From an uncultured Candidatus Peribacteria bacterium (GTDB taxonomy: Bacteria > Patescibacteriota > Gracilibacteria > UBA1369 > PNNO01), in NCBI GenBank assembly GCA_964346325.1, contig CAYFUK010000002.1, forward strand, positions 1 through 39,117: a stretch of DNA of 39,117 nucleotides, read 5' to 3'. Both the position numbers and the translations under genes were made by a program. Of the stretch, positions 17,832 through 26,459 are shown piece after piece (position 1 is the stretch's first letter; each line of letters begins with the position of its first letter). Under the pieces are notes generated by a model. It made no database searches. It had not been told where the DNA came from and worked only from the letters and a program-made list of their open reading frames with translations.

Positions 17832-19314
17832 CAGATGAACCATTGTCAGTTGGATAGTATAAATAGAAAATGTCGTCAGGTTTCGATTCCGCATAGTCTT
17901 CACCCAATTCAATAATTACGTCCGCTTCACTCCGGTATTGCGGTTCAAAATATATTTCGGGAATATTTTCCGAAATTTCCCCGGGTATGAATTGTTTAAT
18001 AAAATATAAAGCTTCGGGTGTTTTTTGTTTTTGCTCCAAATCTTCTTCAGGGCCTTCTTCAATTTCGGATTTGTAATATAATGTCGTATTTTCAATATCC
18101 TGTGATCGCGCATTACCAAATCTTATTACATCAAAACAAAGCCTTTGAAGCATGGCTTTGGATTCACCTGCAAGCCCCGGTGTTTTTGTTCCGTTCAACA
18201 CTTGTATTTGTATAGGATTCTTATTTAATTCGGGATAATGGAATATGAGATCAACATATTGATGAATAAAACTATAATCATTGCCTATCGGAACGAGCAC
18301 ATATGCGCCACCGAACAAATTTCTTTCAGGTACGTATAAGAATCCTCCGCATTTTGTCGGGTCATCCGTGATAACTCTTGAAACAATATTTTCTTTGTGA
18401 AAATCCTGAGATATTTTTGCCAGTTCAATAATATGCCTTATGGAAAGATTTGTTTCAATATGCGAACTTACCGCATTGTAAAGATCGGTTATTTTATTCG
18501 GATTAAGTAAAACATTTTTTGTCATGGCTTTATTTTTGATTGCAAATAAAAGTTTTTGCTGTCGCCTTGATCTGTCAAAATCACTTGTTGTTTTACGGCT
18601 TCGCGCATATTTGAGTGCTGTTTCTCCGTCAAGATTCTGCTCGCCCGCTGCAAGATTGAAAGTTTCATATTTGATGGTGCCGTCTTTGGGATAATAAGGA
18701 TCATGAATTGCATTTTCCACATAAATATCAACACCGCCCAGACTGTCTACAATATCTTTAAATCCGTCAAAATCAATTTTTACATAATAATGTATGTCTA
18801 CGCCCGTTATTTCTTCAACCGATTCTTTAACCAGATTCATTGCTGTAACAGAGTCGTATTTAGCTTTACCAAGTTCATAAATGTTATTTATTCTTACTCC
18901 GCCTCCTATTTGCGGGACATCAACATAAAAATCGCGAGGAATTGAAAGCATCGGCACAAGTTTATTTTTTTGATCCATGCTCGCGAGAATAATCGTATCT
19001 GTTAAATCAGCCCCGTCATGGCCTTTCCCGCCTGTTCCCAGCATCAAAACATTGGTGTTTCCGTAAACATCGGTTTCCAACGGTTCGCCGAAGAATCCAA
19101 TAACATTTATAAGGCCGATTCTCGAAACAACGGCGCTGCATCCGTAAAAAAACAAGACAACCACAATCACTATGGCAATTATCAAACCGAAATTAGTTTT
19201 TTGTTTGGCATTTGTAATTGTTTTATTATGCTTGAAAACAGAGCCTAATTTATTAATAAAATTTTTAAAATGGCTTTTTCTTTTGTACCTGATTTTTCTT
19301 GTTTTGAAATTCAT
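17794..19314 (-). CDS. LytR-CpsA-Psr (LCP) family cell-wall polymer ligase with a C-terminal LytR_C-like domain and an acidic tail
   Basis: N-terminal TM anchor, then NVLMLGTGGKGHDGADLTDTIILASMD...LSIPRD...INNIY...DFDRSRRQQKLL, the LCP catalytic motifs. The tail reads SSDDEEETSEETEE. Confidence 0.9.
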   Translation of the reverse strand: MNFKTRKIRYKRKSHFKNFINKLGSVFKHNKTITNAKQKTNFGLIIAIVIVVVLFFYGCSAVVSRIGLINVIGFFGEPLETDVYGNTNVLMLGTGGKGHDGADLTDTIILASMDQKNKLVPMLSIPRDFYVDVPQIGGGVRINNIYELGKAKYDSVTAMNLVKESVEEITGVDIHYYVKIDFDGFKDIVDSLGGVDIYVENAIHDPYYPKDGTIKYETFNLAAGEQNLDGETALKYARSRKTTSDFDRSRRQQKLLFAIKNKAMTKNVLLNPNKITDLYNAVSSHIETNLSIRHIIELAKISQDFHKENIVSRVITDDPTKCGGFLYVPERNLFGGAYVLVPIGNDYSFIHQYVDLIFHYPELNKNPIQIQVLNGTKTPGLAGESKAMLQRLCFDVIRFGNARSQDIENTTLYYKSEIEEGPEEDLEQKQKTPEALYFIKQFIPGEISENIPEIYFEPQYRSEADVIIELGEDYAESKPDDIFYLYYPTDNGSSDDEEETSEETEE

Positions 19315-19315
19315 T

Positions 19316-21772
19316 TTATTCCGTATAAAGTACTGTTATATATAAGCTGCTCCATTCATTCTGCGCAATGCCGATTCCGATTTTTTTCCAATTTTCAAGC
19401 AATATGTCGCTATCCAGTATTAATTTGTTAAATAAAGAATTCAATGTTCCTTCTTTTAAAATATATGCTTTGCCCTGATTTGTTACTCCGCTGTTTTGAA
19501 CTTCATCAATCAGGTTTATACCAGAAGGGGAGATAAAAGAAAAGAAATTATCTTCTATCATTTTATTCGACCAATCTCGTGCGATATCAACTAAAGCTGA
19601 ATTGACAGTTAAATTATTAATGCGTTCATTATTGATTTTATCAAGCAGCTGATTTTCAAAATTCTGCAGATCATCTGCATCCCATAAATTATGTGAAAAC
19701 TCCTGAACAACCATCATGTCACCGAGACCGTCAAGCTCTATTCCCAGGCCGAGACTTTCCCAATTCGGATTCAGTATGTTTTCACGATGAATCGCGCTTC
19801 GCATTAAAGCCTGATGCGCAAAATATACACTCGGTGCATGCGCCAGATTCTCACCAACATTTGTTTTTATATTAAGGTCTTTTCTTCTTGTATCAGGATT
19901 TCCTCCATCAGCATCTATATGTGAAAAAAACATTCTTTCCACCATGTTTAGAGCATAATTCTGCGCAAGAGTGTTGAGGTCGGATTTTAATGAAACACCG
20001 CTTAATCCGTGAACTGCACGTTCTACATTTATATAATTAAGAAGCTCCCGCCTTTTGGAATCGAGGTCGAGTTTATAAGTTTCTTCGTAAGGGTCCTGTA
20101 AATCAAAAAAGTCAGGTATTAAAGGTATAATATCTCCTATATAAATGGGGATATTTAAAACAGCGCTGCCTCCCTGATTATTGATTTCCAGAATATATAC
20201 TCCTTCGGTTCGGGGACTGTAAGTAAAGTTAAATGACGAACCCGCGGAAATTACTTCGTTGCCATAATAACTCAGCAAATTGTTGTCGGTTTTTATCTCG
20301 AATGAATCGGTTAATCCATCCGGTTTTATTACGGCCCCTTTATTAAATATATTTTCCTGCGTTGTTCCCGAAACAAATATAGGTTCATTTGAAGAAAGTA
20401 TTTCAGGTATATTGGAATATTTTATTGAATCATCAAGAGATAATCTGAAGTTGTGAGTAACAGCGTCAAAAGAATCCGTATTGCTTTGGGTCCATTCCGA
20501 TTCAAGCTCAATCGGAGCTAAAGATGATGCTTTTGCTCCGAAAATTTTCCAATTAACGCTTCCTTCTTCAAAATTTTTAAAATCTTTATAAAAAATATTC
20601 AATGAATCTTTATCTCTTATTAAATATGAATGTACAGTGCTGTTTTGATAAAAATATATTCTGAAAACATTGTTACCATTCGGATCCCAATCAGTAGTAG
20701 TATTATCATTTTCAAAATTTATTCGCAGATTTGTCGGTTTGCCCGGATTTTGAGTTTCACCTTCTAAAGGAATTCCATCCAAAACAGTAATTTCAGCAAC
20801 ATTGCTTTCTCCCGAAAGGCCGGGAATTATTCCAAGCTGGTATTTGCCGGCTTTTCTGAAAACCAAAGGGATCTCAAAATTTTCACCTTCTGTTTCTCCG
20901 GGCATATGAGTAAATACTGTGCTTTCTCCGTTTTCTTTTGCAAAAAATGCAAAAATAGAATCATAATTGTTGTTTTCAGTTAGCCTGCCTTCAACCATAT
21001 ATACTTCGTTTTTGTAAAAAGTATTCGGCATTTCCTTATCAAGTTCTATTTTATTAAAAAAAGTTGTGTTTATTGTTTCAAAGCCGGCAGGTGTCTCAAC
21101 TTCATTAACGTCGTCAATAATATCTTCGGCCGTCCGGAAAGGCTCATAAAGAATTACCTGTTTAACAATACTTTGATATACAATTTCCGCCATATAAGCC
21201 CGCGTGATTTCTTTTCCGGGCTTCAGATAATCTTTCTCTTCAATTAACAAGCCGTTTTCTTTTGCAAAATGCACATAGGGCGAATACCAACTAAAACGGT
21301 ATGTGTCTTTGTATGCCGCTTCGGGAACCTCCGCCAAAGCAAGCATATCCCATTTTTGAACCTCGCCGAGTATTTTTATGGCTTCAACCTTATTGATTGG
21401 ATTTAAAGGCCTGAAAGTATTATCGGGATAACCCTTTACCCAACCTTCTTCTTTTGCTTTTCGTAAGTAAGGAATATACCACCGGTTTTCATCAACATCG
21501 GTAAAACCGGTAGGTTTTTCAGTATCAAGAGGAACATCCGTTCCTTCAAGTACAATTTTTAAAAATTCAACTCTGTTAATAAGATTGTCGGGTCTGAACG
21601 TATTATCACCGTATCCTTCAACAATATTATTTGATTGAAGATATGAAATGGAATCGCTATTGGGGTGCGTATACGGAACGTCACTAAAAGTTGAGGCTTT
21701 TACTTCAGGTACCGCAATTAACAGCGATATAATTATAATAAAACCTAAAATTTTGCTGATTTTCTTTTTCAT
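19316..21772 (-). CDS. Secreted SLH-domain protein with two C-terminal CAP/SCP (YkwD-like) domains
   Basis: Signal peptide MKKKISKILGFIIIISLLIAVPEVKA. Three SLH repeats follow (FSDVPYTHPN...EGYGDNTFRP; FTDVDENRWY...KGYPDNTFRP; a third is degenerate). A ~350-aa beta-rich middle precedes two CAP-like units (LNYINVERAVHGL...FFSHIDADG...ENLA...HRENILNPNW and a second INNERINNL...FFSFISPSG...). Confidence 0.85.
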   Translation of the reverse strand: MKKKISKILGFIIIISLLIAVPEVKASTFSDVPYTHPNSDSISYLQSNNIVEGYGDNTFRPDNLINRVEFLKIVLEGTDVPLDTEKPTGFTDVDENRWYIPYLRKAKEEGWVKGYPDNTFRPLNPINKVEAIKILGEVQKWDMLALAEVPEAAYKDTYRFSWYSPYVHFAKENGLLIEEKDYLKPGKEITRAYMAEIVYQSIVKQVILYEPFRTAEDIIDDVNEVETPAGFETINTTFFNKIELDKEMPNTFYKNEVYMVEGRLTENNNYDSIFAFFAKENGESTVFTHMPGETEGENFEIPLVFRKAGKYQLGIIPGLSGESNVAEITVLDGIPLEGETQNPGKPTNLRINFENDNTTTDWDPNGNNVFRIYFYQNSTVHSYLIRDKDSLNIFYKDFKNFEEGSVNWKIFGAKASSLAPIELESEWTQSNTDSFDAVTHNFRLSLDDSIKYSNIPEILSSNEPIFVSGTTQENIFNKGAVIKPDGLTDSFEIKTDNNLLSYYGNEVISAGSSFNFTYSPRTEGVYILEINNQGGSAVLNIPIYIGDIIPLIPDFFDLQDPYEETYKLDLDSKRRELLNYINVERAVHGLSGVSLKSDLNTLAQNYALNMVERMFFSHIDADGGNPDTRRKDLNIKTNVGENLAHAPSVYFAHQALMRSAIHRENILNPNWESLGLGIELDGLGDMMVVQEFSHNLWDADDLQNFENQLLDKINNERINNLTVNSALVDIARDWSNKMIEDNFFSFISPSGINLIDEVQNSGVTNQGKAYILKEGTLNSLFNKLILDSDILLENWKKIGIGIAQNEWSSLYITVLYTE

Positions 21773-21883
21773 AAACAGTACGATTATAATACTCTTTTTA
21801 TTAATATTAGGAAAGATTACTTAAGCTTTACATCCATACGCTATTTTATTACAATTCCGTTTGTAAACTTTAACCTTTTACAT

Positions 21884-22903
21884 ATGAAAGTTATTTCAAA
21901 AGCACTACTCTCTGCACTGGGGATTACAACAATTATATTTGCCGGTGGATGTGCGCAGGAAGGCCTTCCGGCAGGAATGTCACCTGAAGATGTAATCAGA
22001 GAAGCTTTACTGAATCAGACCGAATACACCGAGGCTGTATTTGAAGTAAAAGCTGACGCTGATCTTAAAGGAGAGGTGGATGGAGAAGAAAATTCTCTTG
22101 ACGGAAAATTTTCTCTTAGCGGGTCTTCAAATTCGGAAACCGAAGAAATGAGTGTTGTTATTGATGTAAATGCTGAAATGAACGGAGAAAGCTTTGCAGG
22201 TAAAATTGAATCGAGAACAACAAGTGATGGTGTATTCATTAGGATTAATAATATAGATGTATCCGAGGAAGAAACTCAGGAACTTGTTGAATTGATGTTG
22301 GAAGACTATTTGGATCAATGGGTGAAACTTACATTTATTATGCCTGATGAACTTATTGAATCGGGTTACATGGACGTTGATTACGAAGAGGGTGATACAT
22401 TGCCTTTCAAAAACATCGAATATGTTGGAACCGAAGATGTACTTGGTTTAAACAGTTACCACTTTACAGCTGAAATTGATGAAGAGGTTATGCTTGATGT
22501 GATGCAGGGTGAGGATAGTTCGGATGCTGAACAATTCTTTGAGGCAGCTGATATTACAGGTGATGTATATGTCGCTGTAGATAAAATGGTTATGACAGGC
22601 TTTGGAGGAGTTGTAACTTTGGATGATCCCGAAATGAACGGTGTTGTTAATTTGACATTCAAAATAAATCCTACCAAATCTGCAAGTGTTGATACTCCAA
22701 AATACGAAAAAGAATTAAATGAAGAAGATATTATGGGATTGATGTTTGGTGGGGCAATGATGTCGGATCCCTCGATGATGATGGATGAATCTACGCAGGA
22801 AGGTGTTGAAATGCCCGAGGGGGCGGAAATGCAAGGTCTCCCATCGGTTGAAATGCCCGAAGGGGCTATGGAAGAAGCAATGGATGAAGCTGCAAATCAG
22901 TAG
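21884..22903 (+). CDS. Acidic lipoprotein with a methionine-rich C-terminal tail
   Basis: Lipobox ...TTIIFAGG-C at residue 22. The body alternates beta-like segments, possibly a LolA/LppX-like fold (guess). The last 56 aa contain 12 Met, including a duplicated VEMPEGA. Confidence 0.75.
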   Translation: MKVISKALLSALGITTIIFAGGCAQEGLPAGMSPEDVIREALLNQTEYTEAVFEVKADADLKGEVDGEENSLDGKFSLSGSSNSETEEMSVVIDVNAEMNGESFAGKIESRTTSDGVFIRINNIDVSEEETQELVELMLEDYLDQWVKLTFIMPDELIESGYMDVDYEEGDTLPFKNIEYVGTEDVLGLNSYHFTAEIDEEVMLDVMQGEDSSDAEQFFEAADITGDVYVAVDKMVMTGFGGVVTLDDPEMNGVVNLTFKINPTKSASVDTPKYEKELNEEDIMGLMFGGAMMSDPSMMMDESTQEGVEMPEGAEMQGLPSVEMPEGAMEEAMDEAANQ

Positions 22904-22926
22904 GCGAAACATTATTTCCGAATTTT

Positions 22927-22958
22927 AAAACCCTCTGTTTTTAACAGGGGGTTTTTTT
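22927..22958. terminator. Bidirectional rho-independent terminator between the convergent lipoprotein and TrmB-like genes
   Basis: AAAA-CCCTCTGTT-ttt-AACAGGGGG-TTTTTTT: a stem flanked by an A-run and a T-run, so it can function on both strands. Confidence 0.7.
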
Positions 22959-23673
22959 ATGTTTTGTTTTTCCAGACGTGTTCGAACTGTTTTTCAAAAT
23001 GATTGACTATATCGGAGTTTTCAATTTCAACTCCGTAATTTTCTTCAGTTGAAAGTATGAACACTTTGTTTAGTCCAATGCATTGTGTCGGTTTTATCGG
23101 CGGCAATGAATTAACCTCGTTTGAAGAGGTTATATGATATTTATCATAGGAATTTTTATTGTTTATAATCAGGTTAAAGGAAGGATGTTTATTTAAATAA
23201 ACCGGAATAATATTTTTAAAAAAGTAGTGTGTGTTTTTTGAAACTTCCGCAAAAACCCAGAGTTTTGACTGATCTATGATTTCATTCAGAATTTTATTTA
23301 TTCCTTCTTTGCCGATAAAAGATTTAACATTCGGAATTAGTTGAAATGGATTTTTTAATGCTTCAAGTTCGGGTATTTTTTGATCAATTGCATTTTTATA
23401 ATGTACAAGTGCTCTTTTTTTATCTTCAATATATTTTAAAAGATGATGCGGTTCCACAGCGGTAAAATATCTGATATTGTTTTTCTCAAATTTAATTATT
23501 AAATCTTTTTGCACAAGGCTTTCCAGAGTTGAATACATTGTGCACCTGTTAAACTGTGCATGTTTAGCTATTATACTTGCCGGATTTGTGCCTATTTTAA
23601 GGGTTATAAGATAAGCTTTTGATTCTTTTTCGGTTAATCCTATCTGTTGCAGGAGGTTTATTAGGCTATACAT
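22957..23673 (-). CDS. TrmB-like wHTH transcriptional regulator (start taken at MYSLINLL)
   Basis: N-terminus LLQQIGLTEKESKAYLITLKIGTNPASIIAKHAQFNRCTMYSTLESLVQKDLI matches the TrmB-type HTH pattern. The C-terminal ~150 aa are uncharacterised. Confidence 0.65.
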   Translation of the reverse strand: MYSLINLLQQIGLTEKESKAYLITLKIGTNPASIIAKHAQFNRCTMYSTLESLVQKDLIIKFEKNNIRYFTAVEPHHLLKYIEDKKRALVHYKNAIDQKIPELEALKNPFQLIPNVKSFIGKEGINKILNEIIDQSKLWVFAEVSKNTHYFFKNIIPVYLNKHPSFNLIINNKNSYDKYHITSSNEVNSLPPIKPTQCIGLNKVFILSTEENYGVEIENSDIVNHFEKQFEHVWKNKT

Positions 23674-23829
23674 TTTATATTTAGTCAAATAATAAGTAAG
23701 ATATATATTAATAAACAAAATTGACTTTTTGTAAAGTAAATGGCGTTGTTATAAACTGCCAACACACCTGGTATGAAATTTTAGAATTTGTTTAGAGAAA
23801 CTTTAAATTTTAGTTTTACAATTGATAAC

Positions 23830-25302
23830 ATGAAAAGTTTTTTACTCAAATCATCAATACTCTTTTTCCTTTTATCAGTGTTTGTTTTTGAGAAGTTCAC
23901 AGCTGATTACAAACTTTTGATATGCATTATTATTTCATTCTTTTTTTTAATAATTTTATTTAAAAAATATTTTTATTTAATTTGTTTGTTTTTCATCATA
24001 CTTGGCTTTTTCAGAATCGAATTCGCATATCCGGTTATTGACGAAAACTCCGTACATTTCTATCAAAATGAGGATATTAATAGTCATATTAAAGGTGAAA
24101 TAGTCGATGACCCCGACAGAAGACGTGATAAAGCGAATTATATTTTAAAAGCTGAAAGTATTTTAATTAATGAAAAGTGGCACAAGGTTGAAGGTAATAT
24201 TCTTTTTAGTATGAATTTGTACCCTGAATTTTATTACGGAGATAAAGTGAAGCTTAAGGGCAGGCTTACGGAACCAATGGAATTCGATACATTTTCATAT
24301 AAAAATTACCTTCGTTTGTTTGATGTCCATTCTGTCATGTATAGACCGCGTGTCGAGATCCTGAGCAGAAATAACGGAAGTATTTTTTATGAAAAACTTT
24401 TTGCCCTTAAATCGAATTTTGAAAACCGGCTTAACAAACTCATGCCCGAGCCAATGGCAAGTTTTGAGGCCGGTTTACTGACAGGTTCAAGAAAAGGTAT
24501 ACCCGAAGAATTAATGAAAAATTTTAATCTTACCGGATTAACCCATATTATTGCTATATCGGGATATAATATATCATTGATAATTGTTTTGATATCCGGA
24601 TTGTTCAAAAATGTTTCACGTAATAGAAAAATTCCTCTAATTATATTGATAATCATTGTTTTCACTTTGTTTGTAGGGGCTTCGGCTGCTGTTGTCCGTG
24701 CATCAATAATGGGAATAATTTCGGTGATTGCTTTATGGTTCGGCAGGCAGTCGCAGGTTATAAATGCTTTGCTTATATCCGCTTTTATAATGGTTTTGAT
24801 GAATCCTTTTACTCTGATTTACGATGCCGGATTTCAGCTTTCTTTTCTTGCCACACTCGGACTGATTATTACAGGGAAACATCTGGAAAAATTATTCGGA
24901 TTTTTACCCGATCAGTTTGGACTTCGTGAAGCATTTGCAATGACATTCAGTGCTCAGCTGTTTGCTTTACCTGTAATAATGCTGAATTTCAGGAGGTTAT
25001 CAATAATTTCACCTGTGGCGAATGTATTGGTTGTGCCATTTATACCTTTTGCAATGTTTTTTGGATTTGTTTCCGTGATTATAAGTTATTTAAGCTTTGA
25101 TTTGGGGTTTGTTTTAATGCTGCCTGCATGGCTTTGCTTAAAATATATAGTTAAAGTAACTGAAATACTTGCAAATTTACCATTTGCATCTATTCAGGCT
25201 GAATGGTTTTCCGTTTTTCACTTACTTGCATATTATCTATCTTGTATTTTCTTTGCCTATCTCATATACCCATATTTTAGAGATCGCCGTATCCCTGCAT
25301 GA
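23830..25302 (+). CDS. comEC: ComEC/Rec2 DNA-internalisation channel protein, short form (DUF4131-like OB region plus competence TM domain, no metallo-beta-lactamase domain)
   Basis: GEIVDDPDRRRDKANYILKAE...GDKVKLKGRL (OB-like region). This is followed by FNLTGLTHIIAISGYNISLI...GASAAVVRASIMG...DAGFQLSFLATLG. The ORF ends right after the last TM helix. Confidence 0.88.
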   Translation: MKSFLLKSSILFFLLSVFVFEKFTADYKLLICIIISFFFLIILFKKYFYLICLFFIILGFFRIEFAYPVIDENSVHFYQNEDINSHIKGEIVDDPDRRRDKANYILKAESILINEKWHKVEGNILFSMNLYPEFYYGDKVKLKGRLTEPMEFDTFSYKNYLRLFDVHSVMYRPRVEILSRNNGSIFYEKLFALKSNFENRLNKLMPEPMASFEAGLLTGSRKGIPEELMKNFNLTGLTHIIAISGYNISLIIVLISGLFKNVSRNRKIPLIILIIIVFTLFVGASAAVVRASIMGIISVIALWFGRQSQVINALLISAFIMVLMNPFTLIYDAGFQLSFLATLGLIITGKHLEKLFGFLPDQFGLREAFAMTFSAQLFALPVIMLNFRRLSIISPVANVLVVPFIPFAMFFGFVSVIISYLSFDLGFVLMLPAWLCLKYIVKVTEILANLPFASIQAEWFSVFHLLAYYLSCIFFAYLIYPYFRDRRIPA

Positions 25303-25890
25303 CGGCTCAACATGTACAGGCACCCATTCACCTATATGAAACGCATATGAAGTAACACGCGCTCCCTTTTTTAAATCTTTTTCAAATTTGGGAATAAACT
25401 TTTTAAGAGTTTCAGGAAGCATATAGGTAACTATGTGATCAGCATCCGACAAATCATGCCTCCTGAAATCACCGTATTTTATTTCAGCTTTTGATCTCCA
25501 TAATAACTGTCTGATTTTTGCTATTAAATAAACAATGGGGGAGAGCTCAAACCCTGTCGCCTTTGCCCCGAACTCTTTAGCGGCAACATAACAAAGCCGC
25601 CCGTCTCCGCATCCTATATCAATTACTTTATCACCTTTTTTTATGCCCGCTGTTTTAAGCATTTTTCTAACCGCACGCATCGGAGTGGGGACAAAAGGCG
25701 CTCCCTGAACAAGTGCGATTATGGTGGGTATGCCAATTGCAAGAAACAAAGCAATTGTTAAAAAATTAAAATCACGGGGCATTGTTAAATACATTGCAAA
25801 AATTGCAAATCCGCTAACAAAAATAAATGTTAAAAAATCCAGAAATCTAAATTTTGTAGAAGTAGAGTGTGGGTATTTTTGTTTTTTCAT
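25237..25890 (-). CDS. Membrane-anchored class I SAM-dependent methyltransferase, paralogue 1 (FAM173-like); the true start may be the internal Met at 25794 or 25782
   Basis: One or two N-terminal TM helices, then APFVPTPMRAVRKML...VIDIGCGDGRLCYVAAKEFGAKATGFELSP...IWVYE. It carries motif I (hhDhGxGxG) and the acidic post-I residue. Confidence 0.8.
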   Translation of the reverse strand: MKKQKYPHSTSTKFRFLDFLTFIFVSGFAIFAMYLTMPRDFNFLTIALFLAIGIPTIIALVQGAPFVPTPMRAVRKMLKTAGIKKGDKVIDIGCGDGRLCYVAAKEFGAKATGFELSPIVYLIAKIRQLLWRSKAEIKYGDFRRHDLSDADHIVTYMLPETLKKFIPKFEKDLKKGARVTSYAFHIGEWVPVHVEPSCRDTAISKIWVYEIGKENTR

Positions 25891-26371
25891 TTTTTTTGAT
25901 TATTCTCTGAGGCTTTAGGCCTTTAATTTTAAATGTATTGCTTATTATTCGTGTATCTTTTTTACATTCTTTTTTTATTTTTTTCGCGAGTTTATTTAAT
26001 TCTTTCGGCATTAAATAACAAAAAATAACATCCGCATCTTTTAAACTTTCATTAAAAAAGTTTTTAAAATGTATTTTTACTTTGGATTTTTTTATTAATT
26101 TTTTTATAAGTGCAAAAATATAAATCAAAGGAGCAATTTCATATCCGTGACCATTTATTTTATTTAATTTTTCAGCTTCAATAAGCATCCTTCCGTCACC
26201 GCAGCCCAGATCATAAAAATTTTCTCCTTTTTTTAAATTTGCTTCTTTAAGAATCTTTTGCATAACCTTTTTTTTCGTCGGAACATAGGGGACCCTCAAT
26301 ATAAGGCTTACAACAGCTGTTGAAATATAAAGTATCGTAACCGCAATTATTAATAAATATATAATTGTCAT
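25847..26371 (-). CDS. Membrane-anchored class I SAM-dependent methyltransferase, paralogue 2 (FAM173-like)
   Basis: An N-terminal TM helix, then VPYVPTKKKVMQKIL...FYDLGCGDGRMLIEAEKLNKINGHGYEIAP. It is collinear with paralogue 1, roughly one third identical by eye. Confidence 0.8.
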   Translation of the reverse strand: MTIIYLLIIAVTILYISTAVVSLILRVPYVPTKKKVMQKILKEANLKKGENFYDLGCGDGRMLIEAEKLNKINGHGYEIAPLIYIFALIKKLIKKSKVKIHFKNFFNESLKDADVIFCYLMPKELNKLAKKIKKECKKDTRIISNTFKIKGLKPQRIIKKNEKTKIPTLYFYKI

Positions 26372-26459
26372 TCCTTTGTTTAGGTTAAGTTCCCTTCATT
26401 TTAGCATATTTTTCGCTTAAAATAAATAAAGAGCCTAATTTTTTAATTATGGATTTCAT

